DNA of 64,000 nucleotides from Euprymna scolopes (Eukaryota): NCBI GenBank assembly GCA_053919585.1, contig CM132803.1; one strand, 5' to 3'. Shown piece by piece: positions 51,264 to 63,368 of this stretch (position 1 is its first letter; each line of letters starts with the position of its first letter). The notes under the pieces were generated by a model. It saw only the letters and a program-made list of their open reading frames with translations, ran no database searches and was not told where the DNA came from. The position numbers and the translations under genes were made by a program.

Positions 51264-51990
51264 TTCTTTTTATTTAGGGTCTATTTTGTTCCAAGTTACG
51301 TTATTGATCATTCTATTCATAGTTCATTATGTTTTTCAATATTGAATTACAGTGCGTATCGAATCGTTATTACATAGCTGCGGATTTATTATGAACTTTC
51401 TTGCAAATTCTGTTCAAAAACGCATTCTTAGGCCTTTTACGTCGAAAAACCTGTTTCCTGGAATGTTGACCCGATTTCCCAAAATTAGGGGTTGAGGCAC
51501 CCAGACTCCCAAAAATTTGACAATTATACATGTAAAATTGACTTCTCTACATTCCACGCCTTGTACGGTTCTAACAAGCCCAAAATGGCCTCCGTATCAG
51601 TATTAACAAGTTCTGTCAAAAGATCGCCCAAAATCAGGGGTTTTGGCCCCTTTGACCCCCCAAAATTTCAAAAATTTTAGAGAAATGTTTTTTTCTTTCT
51701 TCTACTCCCTCATTCGGTTCTAACAAACCCTAAATGGCGCCTACATCGATATTATTTGACGAGTTCTGTCAAGAAACTCGTTTTTTTTTTTTATTTTGGC
51801 CAGATTGCCTAAAATCCAGGCTTTCGGCCCCCTTGACCCCCAAAAATTTCAAAAATGTTTGGGAAATGTTTTTTCCTGTCCTCTACTCCCTCATAAGGTT
51901 CTAAAAAGCCCTTATGGTTATAAATGAAGTAGTTTTTTCTAATTTATAGTGAAATGTTCGCTTGACCCCCCCCCCTCTGGGCCCACTGTG
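50099..51990 (+). mobile_element. RAG1-like/Transib transposon, 5'-truncated, with right terminus CACAGTG
   Basis: Ends CACTGTG (51984-51990); 5-bp TSD ACGCC (50069-73, 51991-95); removal restores Gypsy gag CPVRNA|VCKNC in frame; subterminal repeats 51500-51970. Confidence 0.9.
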
Positions 51991-54907
51991 ACGCCGTCTG
52001 TAAGAACTGTAACAAAAAAGGGCATTTCGCACGTGTTTGCAAGTCGTCCGCCGTCGTCGTCGTCACTGCTATCAACCCCGGTAAGTCTATTATCGCTTCT
52101 CTCTCTACTCATAATTTTTCGGAAAGCCTGTCTCGTTCGACATTATGTGGGAGAATAAGGGGTAAAACGGTAAAAATACTCATAGACACCGGTAGCACTG
52201 AAAACTTTATACACCCGGACCAAGTTAAGAAGCTGGGGCTCGCTATCTCGCCAAGTACTGAACGAATATTCATGGCTAGCAGTTCCCAATTCATCCAGTA
52301 CCTTAGGACACTGTATAGTATCCCTCCGTTTGAAAGATAGAGAATACCATAAGATGAGGCTTTCTGTTATGCCAGACTTGTGCTGCGATGTCATTCTCGG
52401 GCATGATTTTCTATGTCGACTTTCTTCAATAGAAATACCTTTTGGGGAATCACTTACTCCCCTTACTGTGTGTGGACTGACTGCTATGAACAATGTTGGC
52501 TATCCCTCCCTTTTTGCGAATCTAACTTCAGACTGCCGTCCGGTAGCTATAAAATCCAGAAGACATAGCCTACCTGACTCGAAATTCATTCAGTCAGAAG
52601 TATGCTGAAAGAAGGCATTATAGAACCCTCGCAATCCCCTTGGCGAGCCCAAACACTAGTAATATCGCCTGAAAATCACAAGAAAAGACTATTCGTCGAC
52701 TATTCGCAGACAATAAACCGCTTTACATTATTGGATGTTTACCTTCCCAAGAAAATCGTCTACAGGGGAATCTATACCGACATGGATGACAAAATCTAAA
52801 TCTGCTCTCCTGAAGTGACACGTGCTCGGTAGTAAATATGAGCCCTCGGTGGAAACAGTGGAGATCCTGGATGTGAATCCGAACTATGCCCACATACGGC
52901 TTAATAATGGAAGAGAAACTACTGTATCTCTTCATCATATTGCTCCCTTAGCAGAAGAAGCAATTCATTCCCAGGCACTTCTGGAATTAGATTCCACCAT
53001 TGCTGACCCACCATGTGCTCTGCCAAATGACAAACCCAACATACCCCCTTCGACACTCGAGGAACCTGAACACCTTTCTATGGTAAACCCTACTGACATC
53101 GCTAACTATCGTAGAGAATCTCGCTCCTCCTTGTCCTCAATCAACCTTCCAAGACGATAATTCGAGGCCCTCTCCGATCCTATATGATGCAACCAATCCG
53201 CAACGCTCCTCTAGAGTTCGTCGGAAACCTCGGTACCTAGATGAAAATTACCAACCTTGAACTCTTTTTATCTTCTCTTTGTTTCCTATTTCAGCTGAAA
53301 TAGACTACTGCAGCGACCTGGTCCCTGAGAGGCTGACTGACCTGGACTTTCCCTGAGCGGCGGAGAATGTGGTGCAATCAGATGAACTCTCCCATCAGCA
53401 TCCGTTGATTATCTCCCTTTCCTACTTCCTGTACAGCCCACTTGAGCAGTTACTCCTCTCTTTGCCTTATTCTGTTCTCGTTGGTCACTCTTTCATTACA
53501 GTCATATTTAAGCAATATATCATTCAGTAAAATATGAACTATAACCTCTACTTATGCACACTTCCACAGAGGTCAACGCGTACAAGCCACAAACACACGT
53601 CCTTGCATGACTACCCAATTATTACACGGATGTATAAACTTTACTTTGTTTTGTTCTAAATAAATAATGTATTTTATATATATATATATACTGGTATAAT
53701 GGTTTTCTTTATTGTTAAGTCGTGAACATGCATTATATAGCCTCGCAACAATTGGTGATCCTCGATCTCGACTTACAAAACTTTTCATTCCTTATACCGA
53801 GTATCAAGCCAAATAAAAGAGAAGCATTTCCACACCAAAATACTTAGCATTCCTCTGTGAGAGAGATAAATACACCAAAATTCAACACCCATGCCTAACC
53901 ACGTGTTGTAACCCTTAACCTGTCTTTCGTCTGTTGTTAATTTTTTTTTTAGTCCACGTGCGCACAGAAAAACACAACTACTAATAACAACATTATCCAA
54001 GCAATCAAAAAAAAAATAGAATAAGTTTCATATTTTCCTTTTAAAAAAAAAAGTTTTCCATATTTTTTTTCCCTCATTAAAACACACAACTTTAGACTGC
54101 GAATATTGGATAGTATTTTGTTACTCTTTTTTTTGTGCACCACCATGACCGAGGATAAATCTGCTGCTAGTGCTGTGGAGGGCTTAGTTTCTTTCAGAAT
54201 GCCTGCCTTTAATTCTTGAAAACCACACATATGGTTTTTTTCAGACAGAGACTATTTTTGCTGATAGGGAGACTACTTCCCCAGTGCAAAGATATTATTT
54301 AATTAAGGCATTGCCAGCAGATATTGCCGGAAGTAGAGGACATTTTTAGAGCACCTCCTGCTGAAGATCCATATACAGCGCTTAAGCAGGCCATTCTGGA
54401 ACGGACCAGTGTTTCAGAAACAGCCAGGTTGAAACAACTCTTCAATGAGTTAACCCTTGGCGACCGAAAGCCTTCTCAGCTTCTCAGACAAATGCGTGGT
54501 CTGCTCGGCGCACGCACAATGGACGACAATATCTTACAGCAGCTTTGGTTATAGAAAATTCCTCCACAATTATCCCACACACTGTCCATGTTCGTTGAAG
54601 ATAAGGATCTAACACAACGGTTATTGCCGACTGTGTCGCCGACAATTACCACCACGCGTCAGCTGTAACCACCGTCGCGACCAAACCTGCCGCTACAGCC
54701 TTCGCATCCAATTCCAACCTGGAATCATCAGAAATTGCTGCCTTAACCAAAGCAATTCAAGCACTTCTAGTGGACAGACGGTCATGGCCCAACAACAGAC
54801 AAAATTCCAGAGACAGACGCTCGATCTCCTTGGTGCTTCTATCACCATCGTTTCAGGAACGACGCACGCAAATGCGAGCAACCCTGCATCTTCAAGAAAC
54901 CTGAACA

Positions 54908-54949
54908 TTTAAACGGGTAGACCGGTGGGATTGCGCGACAAATTCCACC
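54908..54949 (+). promoter_or_regulatory. Putative -1 ribosomal frameshift signal at CsRn1 gag/pol boundary
   Basis: TTTAAAC slippery heptamer just before the gag TAG, then stem GGTGGGATT/AATTCCACC (54924-54949). Confidence 0.6.
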
Positions 54950-56962
54950 CCATCTCTCCAGCCGTGTCGCCTACTATATATTTTCGACACACTCTCTCGT
55001 CGAAAGTTCCTCGTGGATACTGGCGCTGCTGTTAGTGTAATTCCTCCTACACGATATAATGATACAACAGCAGACCCATTTTCACTACAAGCTGCAAACA
55101 GCAGTTCCATCCGAACCTACAGTACCTCATCCCTCACTTTGGACCTTGGTCTTTGACGTCGTTTTCCATGGATATTCATCATCGCCGATGTGAAAACAAC
55201 CATCCTTGGTGCTGATTTTCTTTCCCATTTTCAACTTTCCGTTGATCTAAGAAAACGTTGTTTAGCTGACACAATGACATCTCTTTCCGTCCACTGCGGT
55301 ATGCTTTCCTGTGATACACCAAGCATCCGCACAGCAAGACCATCAAATGCAATTTTTGCAGATCTGTTGAACCAATTTCCTGGCTCACCCAACCCTTTTC
55401 CCACACGGAGAATGTTAAACATTATGTGCGGCATCACATTACAACCCGTGGTGCTCCCGTACATGCCAAGCCTCGACGACTGTGCCCGGAAAAGTTTGCC
55501 TTAGCCCGCTCAGAATTCCAACACATGATGGACCTTGGAATAATACGGGCTTCAAGCAGCCCAAGGTCATCTCCACTCCACATAGTACCTAAAAAATTGG
55601 AAGGAGACGTGCTCTCAACGCAGTGACTATTCCAGACAGGTACCCTATTCCACACCTGCATGACTTCTCAGCTTCCTTATCCGGATCAACCGTTTTCTCC
55701 CAGATCGATTTAGTCCGTGCATACAATCAGATTCCTGTTGCTGAAGAAGACATTCCTAAGACGGCGATATGCACGCCATCAAGCCATGCACACAATAAAC
55801 CACGCGCTTCATAAGCATGCACTTGGAGAGCGACAGCAATAACATGAGGTAGGCTTGTATATTTTTCACATAGATATTGTTACTTGTGAGATGCATACAC
55901 ATAGAGCACACAATATGAACAATTCAAGACTGTCATATTTAAGCAATATATCACTCAGTAAAATATGAACTATAACCTCTACTTATGCACACTTCCACAG
56001 AGGTCAACGTGTACAAGCCACAAACACACGACCTTGCATGACTACCCAATTATTACACGGATGTATAGACTTTACTTTATTTTATATATATATATATATA
56101 CACACTGGTATAATGGTTTTCTTTATTGTTAAGTCGTGAACAGCCTTGCAACAGATCTCATCAGAGATGCTCCATGGTGAAATATCTTTTCTCTTCCCGC
56201 TAAACAGTGCATAAATGAGACCACTGAAGGATTCAAAACAGCAATTGAAGCACATGTTCTCGCATGGAAATTCTATAGCAAACCCCACTCTCCTCAATGG
56301 TTTACTTCTACTTATGCAGCTGCCATTGCTCAAAGGCAGCATGCATACCACAGATTTAACAGACGTAAGTCCAGTGCAAACAGACAAAAGTTTATAGAAG
56401 CTAGAAGTAATTGTAAGAAAGAAATAGTGACAGCTAAGAAAGAATTTACTGAAACCACTAGAAAATGCATTGAAGTGCAGAAATTAGGAACTCATGATTT
56501 TTAGATTGGTAGGGAAGGTTCTCACTAACACATTAGCATTTTATTTCGTTTCTTTATTTTTCATTACTGTTATTTTATTTGGGGGTGTTTATATAGGTTT
56601 CATTATCCCCCCCATCATACTTCATTGGAGAAAAATACTATACATGTTCATGGTTTTATCTGCTGGAACTATAATGATTGGATTGTCTATTCAGATACAT
56701 ATTAACTTTGTATTTCTCTCAATACATCTGATGAAATGCCAATCTGGAAGATTTTTGAACAACAAAGTTTAAAATTGTCTGAATAGTGTCGAAACAATTG
56801 AGACACTCTTGAAAAATACAGAATTTGATGCAAACTTTTTCCCTTGTTATTTCGGTTTTGAAAATGTATATGAATACTCGATTACAGAAATGATAATCAT
56901 GAAGCTTAATATTTGAGTCAATTTACTTGGCTTAATTTTTATTGGTATATTATATACATTGC

Positions 56963-59900
56963 TGCCCTGAAAATAAAAGAACTCTTCTTTTTCTTCCCTA
57001 CCTCGAATTACCTCCCCTGTTTCTCTCTCCTTCTGGGAGACAGTAGTAGCAGCGATGGGCCATCTTTCTTTCCCCTTGTTTTTTTGCCGGCGCTCTTTTT
57101 AGCTGAATAAAGCTTTATACAAGCTATATAAATCTTCAGTCTCTTTTCGTCATACATCTACACAACAATTGCCATTGGTTAGTATATTTTAATATATTAA
57201 ACCTTTATACAAGCTATATAAATCTTCAGTCTCATTTCGTGATACATCTACACAACAATTTATTCAGCTAAAAAGTAAAAGATGGAAAAATATCTGAAAC
57301 CAGACCGACTAGATGTGGACGCCAGTAAATCGGACGCAGCAGACACATGGCGTCACTGGGAAAAATCTTTTCACATCTTTCTTGACGCGGTCGGCGAAAT
57401 GCAGCAGACTCCTCTAACAGACAGACAAAAACTACGTTTACTAATTAACCTTGTCTCTACAACTATATTCAAATATATATCGGACATGGACAATTACAAC
57501 ACTGCTATGGATACTCTCGAAGCTGTGTTCGTGCAGCCTAAAAATACTATATTCTGCAGACATTTACTGGCTACTCGTCGTCAATAAACGGACGAAAGTG
57601 TAGACCAATATTCACAGGCCCTTAATAAACTCGCCAAGGACTGCGAGTTCCAAGCCGTCACAGCTACTCAGGCGAGGGATAAATACATCAGAGACGCCTT
57701 CATCAATGGAATTTCTTCCAATCATATACGACAGAAACTCCAGGAGAACAAGAAGCTGGATTAAAGCACGGCGTATGACCAGGCTTTAACCCTTGAAATG
57801 GCGCAAAAGCAATTAGCCTCTTACTCCCTACAGAACTCTCTGAATGCATCTACCTCCACTGTCCGGACCGAAGTTACAGAGAGTGATGACCAGTATGAGT
57901 GTGGTGCTGCCTCGGGACAAAAATGCTTCTTCTGTGGGAACCCAAGACACAATAGATTTAGGTGCCCTGCCCGAAGCTCCGTTTGCAAGAATTGCGACAA
58001 GAAAGGACATTTTGCTTGTGTCTGCCGATCTCCTACAGCAGCCGCTATAAATCACGGTGAGTCGATTCTTGCTTCTATTCCATCTTACAATTTTACAGAG
58101 AGTCTATCTCACTCATCGTTGTGTGGTAAAATTAAGGGCAAGTCTGTTAATATACTCATTGATACGGGAAGCTCGGAAAACTTCATTCATCCTGATAAGG
58201 TGAAAAGGCTGGGACTGTCGACCATGGCAAGTTCGAGAAAAATTTTTATGGCTAGCAGTTCGCATTCGTCCTCTACTCTTGGGCATTGCATAGTATCCCT
58301 CAATCTGGGCGGAAGAAAATATGATGATGTCAAACTAGCTGTTATGGCCCACTTATGCTGTGACGTCATCCTCGGACATAATTTCCTACGACAACACTCT
58401 TCTGTGAAAATACCTTTTGAAGGACCGCTCTCCCCCTCTTACGATTTGTGGATTGACAGCAATTAATAATATCCCTTATCCTTATCTATTTACGAACCTA
58501 ACCCCCGACTGTCGTCCAATAGCAGTAAAATCAAGGAGGCACAGCCTACCAGATGCTAAATTCATCAAATCTGAAATATCGTGCATGCTGAAGGAAGGGA
58601 TTATCGAACCCTCTCAGTCTCCATGGCGAGCTCAAACGCTTTTGATATCCCCTGATAACCACAAGAAGAGACCCGTAGTAGATTAGTTCCAGACAAACAG
58701 ATTTTACTCTTCTGGACGCTTATCCCCTACCTCGGATAGAGGACATGGTAAACAAGATTGCTGGTTATAAAGTATTTAGCACTCTGGATTAAACCAATGC
58801 GTATCACCAGGTTGCCATCAGACAGAGAAAAAAAATATACTGCATTCGAAGCTGCAGGGAGCCTCTACCAATTTTGTCGGATACCTTTTGGAGTGACCGA
58901 TGGGGTAGCTAGCTTCCAGCGAGTTATGGATGACATAATCAAGCAAGAAGACCTCAAAGGAACTTATGCCTACATTGACAATGTCACCATCTGTGGCCAA
59001 AACCAGGCAGAACATGATAACCATCTGAAGCAGTTCATGAATAGCGTGGAAAAGTACGGTTTGACTCTGAATAAAAACAAGTGCCATTATTCGCTTAGCT
59101 CTGTGAATCTGCTCGGATATACAATAGGCAGTCGTTCAGTAAGACCCGACCCCGACAGACTCAAGGGATTGGTGGACCTCCCTCTACCTCTAGACCATAC
59201 TTCTCTTCGGCGAGCTATGGGGATGTTTTCCCACTACTCCAGGTGGATCTCAAACTTTTCAGAAAAACTACATCCTTTAACTAGGGTCACCCTCTTTCCC
59301 CTCAACGAGGAACAAACGGATGCCTTCAAGCATCTGAAAAAAGAAATTGCAAAAGCATCCCTGGCAGCCATAGACTCAACTCTACCATTTAAGGTCGAAA
59401 CAGATGCTTCGGAATATGCCATCGCCACCTCGCTCACCCAAAATGGTCGTCCTGTGGCTTTCTTTTCTAGGACTTTAACGTCTGCTGAACAGAAACACTG
59501 TTCAGTTGAAAAAGAGGCCTACGCTATCGTAGAAGCCATTCAGAAGAAAATGGCGACGCCTACTACTTGGAAAGCATTTTAAACTTGTCACGGATCAAAA
59601 ATCTGTTTCGTTTATGTTCAACCCCAAAAGCAAGAGCAAAATAAAAAATGAGAAGATCACAAGATGGAAGCTAGAACTCGCCTGCTTCAGCTACGACATA
59701 ACTTATCGTCCAGGAAAACAAAATGCAGTTGTGGATGCTCTATTTCGAATTTGCTCAGCCACAATTTCTATAGAGAAACTATACGCTCTGCACAGGGATT
59801 TGTGTCACACTGGAGTAACCCGAATGGTGCACTTTGTTAGATGCAAGAATATGCCATACTCCATAGATGATGTAAGAGCGGTAACCAGATCATGCGTGGA

Positions 59901-62369
59901 AATTATCTTCCACCATCTTTCTTTCCTTCTTTCTGCTGTTTCTGTTCTTCCTTCCTTTCTTCTTAACTCCCTTCCTGCCCCCTCCCTTTTTTTTATGCCA
60001 CCTGACTCCCTTATGCCCGTTGATTGGATGAGACGTTTTCGTGCTAAATTGAAGCATGTGTGTGACATTTTTTAATTAATTCGGCAGTTGTGGAAAGGGT
60101 GTCGTCGAGACAACAAGTATCGAATGCATTCCTTTAAGGTCTCAGATAAAAAGGAACGCCTGAAAATTTACTAAGACGATGTACAACTCTGTCCTAACAA
60201 AACATTAAAATTGTTGAAAAGAACCAAGAGAAGAAAATTCGCCTCAAAGTTTTCTAAGACACTTGAAAACTGAATTCAATTATCGAGAAAAGGATAATTG
60301 AAGTTTAAGAAGAAAATTCGCCGCTGGAAAGTTTCTAAGAAACTTGAAAACTCTAAAATATTCTGAATACTTGTAAGCCAGATGGACATTTTTGGCAGCT
60401 CATAGAGGTCACAAACTTTTCCTTTTGCCATTATATTTAATAAATTCTATTTCTCATATTTTTCTTCTTTTGTTTGTTTTCTTCCTTGATGTTTCAGAGT
60501 TTAGTAGTAACATCTAATTGATTAAGAAGAATTACCTTCCATGGGAAGAAGTGGATAATAAATTTCTTCACTCTGCCAAAAATTGGTACTCAGAGTTAAT
60601 AACTGCCAGTTTAGTAAGCTACTCTCTGCTAAAACTGATCTAGGCTTTATTTGGTGACCGCGGCTGCTGTCCGTTGCGTAGATAGTACCCCCTCCCTCTT
60701 TCCTTCTTCTTTGTTTCTGCGTCGGCCATCTTGGCTTCTTGTTCATTGTTTTACAGGCATTTTTGGCGCCAAGAGGGGTTTATTGGTGTCTCGTGCTCCA
60801 CAGGGGGGGGGGGAGTGTAGTTTAGCATTTAGTCATTGATAGGTTAGAAAGGGCGGGGTTTAGTATTCTAAAATGACTACCTCTCCCACTACCACAATGT
60901 TACTTGAAAAAAGAAAGATTATTAGAGACAAAATCTTAACTGTGTTTGAGTTCTTAGACTTCTTAGATGAAATCAACGAAGCAGGTTATACGTTGTATAA
61001 AAAGCAGATAGATGATTACACTGCTTTGGTGGATTTATTAGATAAGCAGATTTTTAATGCTTATTTAATTGAGGGAACAGAAGATGAGGAGATAAGGTCA
61101 TTTAATAAGGATTGTGCTCTTCATCGGGTGAAGGTTTTGGAAAAATTGTCAAGACTCAAGCCTTCGGTAGAAGTAAAGGATAATGCAAATCACAAAGTCT
61201 CACTTATTAAGGGAATGCGTCTGGGGATAACGCCCAAAATTGAATGTCCCAAGTTTAGTGAAAAGGATTGAGAAAACAATATATTAGTTTTCCTTAATTT
61301 TCAGCGGGAATTTGAGAATAGCGTAGTGGACTTAGAAAATGACGCCCTGAGGTTAGTTGTGCTGAAAAACCATTTGTCTGGCTACGCCTTTCAACTGGTA
61401 CGGCACCTCTCTATATCTGAGGAAAACTATCGCATAGCCACAGACATTCTCGCGGCGGAATTTCCAGATAAGGACAACATTGTGGATTCAGTTTTTTCTC
61501 ATATATTGGGCATTGGGAAGTTAAGCAACCACTTAGTGGCAAAGAAACCATTGAGGCTCAGGTACACGAATTAAATAGTTCTTTCAGTTTAAATTTCTTG
61601 GAGATGAACTCTCCCGGAAACAAGTTATTAAGTCACATTGTTTTTAGTAAGCTGCCCACTCTTTTTAGGTCTGAGTTAATTCATAAAATAGGGAATAATT
61701 ACCCTACCCTGGAAGACATACTAGACCACAGTTCGGAAATATTTCGAACGATTGAGTTTTGTAAACATATCCTCGGAAGGTGGCTAGTATACCTAAGAAA
61801 ACATTTTCTCCCAGGTTCAAGGGTTTGTCGGATGCTAAAAAACCTTCCACGCTGGAAAACTTTCATATCCATGCTATTAATACTCTGGCAGACATCGAAA
61901 ATTATGCCCCCCCCCCCCCGGAAACTGGCACTCCTAGATCCTCGCCGCTCATATTTGGATGATTTGCAAAGAACTTCCCTTGAAGATGCTGATGCATTAA
62001 ATCCCAGACGCTCGTCTTGAGTTCGTTGCAAATCTCCATATTTAGCTGAAAATTACCACCATCTTTGAATTTGTTCCTTTTCTCTATTTTCAGTTTGAGC
62101 AGAAGCTGTCCGAAAATATGTCCTGGAAGAACCTTGTGATACTGGACTTTCTTAGGCGGCGGAGAATGACCTGAAAGTAAAAGAACTTCTTTTTCTTCCC
62201 TACCCCGAATTACCTCCCCTGTTTCTCTCTCCTTCTGGGAGACAGTAGTAGCAGCGATCGGCCATCTTTCTTTCCCCTTGTTTTTTTGCCGGCGCTCTTT
62301 TTAGCTGAATAAAGCTTTATACAAGCTATATAAATCTTCAGTCTCTTTTCGTCATACATCTACACAACA
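56963..62369 (+). mobile_element. Ty3/Gypsy family 3 (LTRs 56963-57167, 62167-62369; gag ATG 57282; PR, RT, RNase H; integrase core lost)
   Basis: 5-bp TSD ATTGC; MEKYLKPDRL, two CCHC knuckles, ILIDTGS, IPFGV, YIDN, ETDAS, RPVAFFSRTL, EKEAYAI; PPT GGCGGCGGAGAA. Confidence 0.92.
59897..61860 (+). mobile_element. Second BEL/Pao family fragment (LTR/leader + DUF1759-like gag) nested in Gypsy family 3
   Basis: PKIECPKFS, FLNFQREFENSV, LKNHLSGYAFQLVRHLSISEENYRIATDIL, LLSHIVFSKLP; boundaries approximate. Confidence 0.7.
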
Positions 62370-62409
62370 ATTGCCATTGGTTAGCATATTTTAATATATT
62401 AAACCTTTG

Positions 62410-62845
62410 GATAAAAAGTACCAACTAAGATATAACTGCTCCTTAAACTGAGCTGAAACGTCTTCCAATAAACAAAAATTTTCTCAAAGGAAGTCAAATT
62501 TTCACCAAAGAACATTGCAATACCAAAACACAAGCTATACATAATGAACATTATACAAGCAGTTAATGAATTTGTCAAAACAATCAAATGGGGGGTGTTC
62601 GATTACAACACCAAAAATGAAAATAAAAACGTCTGTACACCAGATGAAGATGCTGATGGAACCTATACAGGAGAAGGGGAAAATATAAATTATGGAAAAT
62701 TGTACAAAATCCAAACTAGAATTTGCCGACAACAGATACAAACACTGGAACAATTCGAGTTAGACATGCTAAACTTGGTGAAGGGTTAAAAAAAAAAAAA
62801 ACACAGGAAGTTGAATCCTAAAATAAAAAGCATACACAGGAAATT

Positions 62846-62879
<34 letters not shown>

Positions 62880-63190
62880 CAATGCAAACATAGTTCTAGC
62901 AGATAAAACCAAGGACATTTATAGTATGGACTTCAGTACATATCACAATCTCATTCAAGGCGATCTTAATAAAAAAATATAAAGTCAAATGAAGAGGATC
63001 TCTATAGAATAAATTTACAGGCATTAAAGCTATGTGAAAAAAATGAATATACAGGATAAAATAGAAGTTTATAGCCCCCCCCCCCCCCGAGCCTAGATTT
63101 TTGTTGAAAGATCACAAACCTGACTTCAATAAACTTAGTATTAGATTAACTGCACCTTGCATTTCCAATTTAGGTAACACAAGCAAAATC
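62410..63190 (+). mobile_element. Decayed Penelope-like RT N-terminal fragment
   Basis: ADKTKDIY and LLKDHKPDFNK..IRL..P..SNLGNTSKI resemble the ADK and KDHK/RLINP motifs of Penelope-like RTs; broken by poly-A and poly-C runs. Confidence 0.6.
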
Positions 63191-63368
63191 TAAAATTGTC
63201 GGAATGATTCCGAAAAAATTGCAGCACTATTGAAAAATACACAAGATGATGCAAACTTTTTTCCCTTGTTATTTTGGTTTTGTAATTGTATATATATATA
63301 TATATATATATCAAAACTGGTAATTAGTAAAAACCTGAAGAGAGTGCTCAATACTGCTCCAGAGCAAT

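Larger units (their letters stand above)
49119..53500 (+). mobile_element. Ty3/Gypsy family 2 (LTRs 49119-49349, 53368-53500; gag ATG 49378; most of pol deleted)
   Basis: MEKYLKPERL gag, CYFCGRGKHNRSEC + CKNCNKKGHFARVC knuckles (split by Transib), ILIDTGS, PSQSPWRAQ, integrase tail VNPNYAHIRLNNGRETTVS; PPT GGCGGAGAA. Confidence 0.9.
48750..56153 (+). mobile_element. CsRn1-clade Gypsy element (5' LTR 48750-53750 interrupted; gag ~54146-54920; PR/RT to ~55776; partial 3' LTR 55777-56153)
   Basis: 4-bp TSD GATC (48746-49, 56154-57); PBS TGGTGA(T)CC at 53753 resembling tRNA-Trp; CHCC knuckle CFYHHRFRNDARKCEQPC; FLVDTGA; DRYPIP, IDLVRAY. Confidence 0.85.
48140..56510 (+). mobile_element. APE-LINE fragment split by the nested stack (pieces ~48140-48749 and 56158-56510)
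   Basis: CDFNVHH, LLDLFLT, PLGTADH; removing 48750-56157 restores KVD*EAIRD|LIRDAPW, continuing to PQWFTSTYAAAIAQR. Confidence 0.75.

Noticed and set aside
51931-51983. 12/23 RSS nonamer next to the heptamer
   Set aside because: The nearest A-tract (AGAAAAAAC on the minus strand) is ~43 bp from the heptamer.
51264-51983. RAG2-like gene downstream of the transposase
   Set aside because: Too short, repeat-filled, no kelch/PHD-like ORF on either strand.
56772-56805. Additional hammerhead (CTGAATAG...GAAAC)
   Set aside because: Core deviates from CUGANGA and there is no stem II.
56494-57110. Hydrophobic ORFs as env or membrane proteins
   Set aside because: Low-complexity T-rich and LTR sequence; no signal peptide, furin site or other env features.
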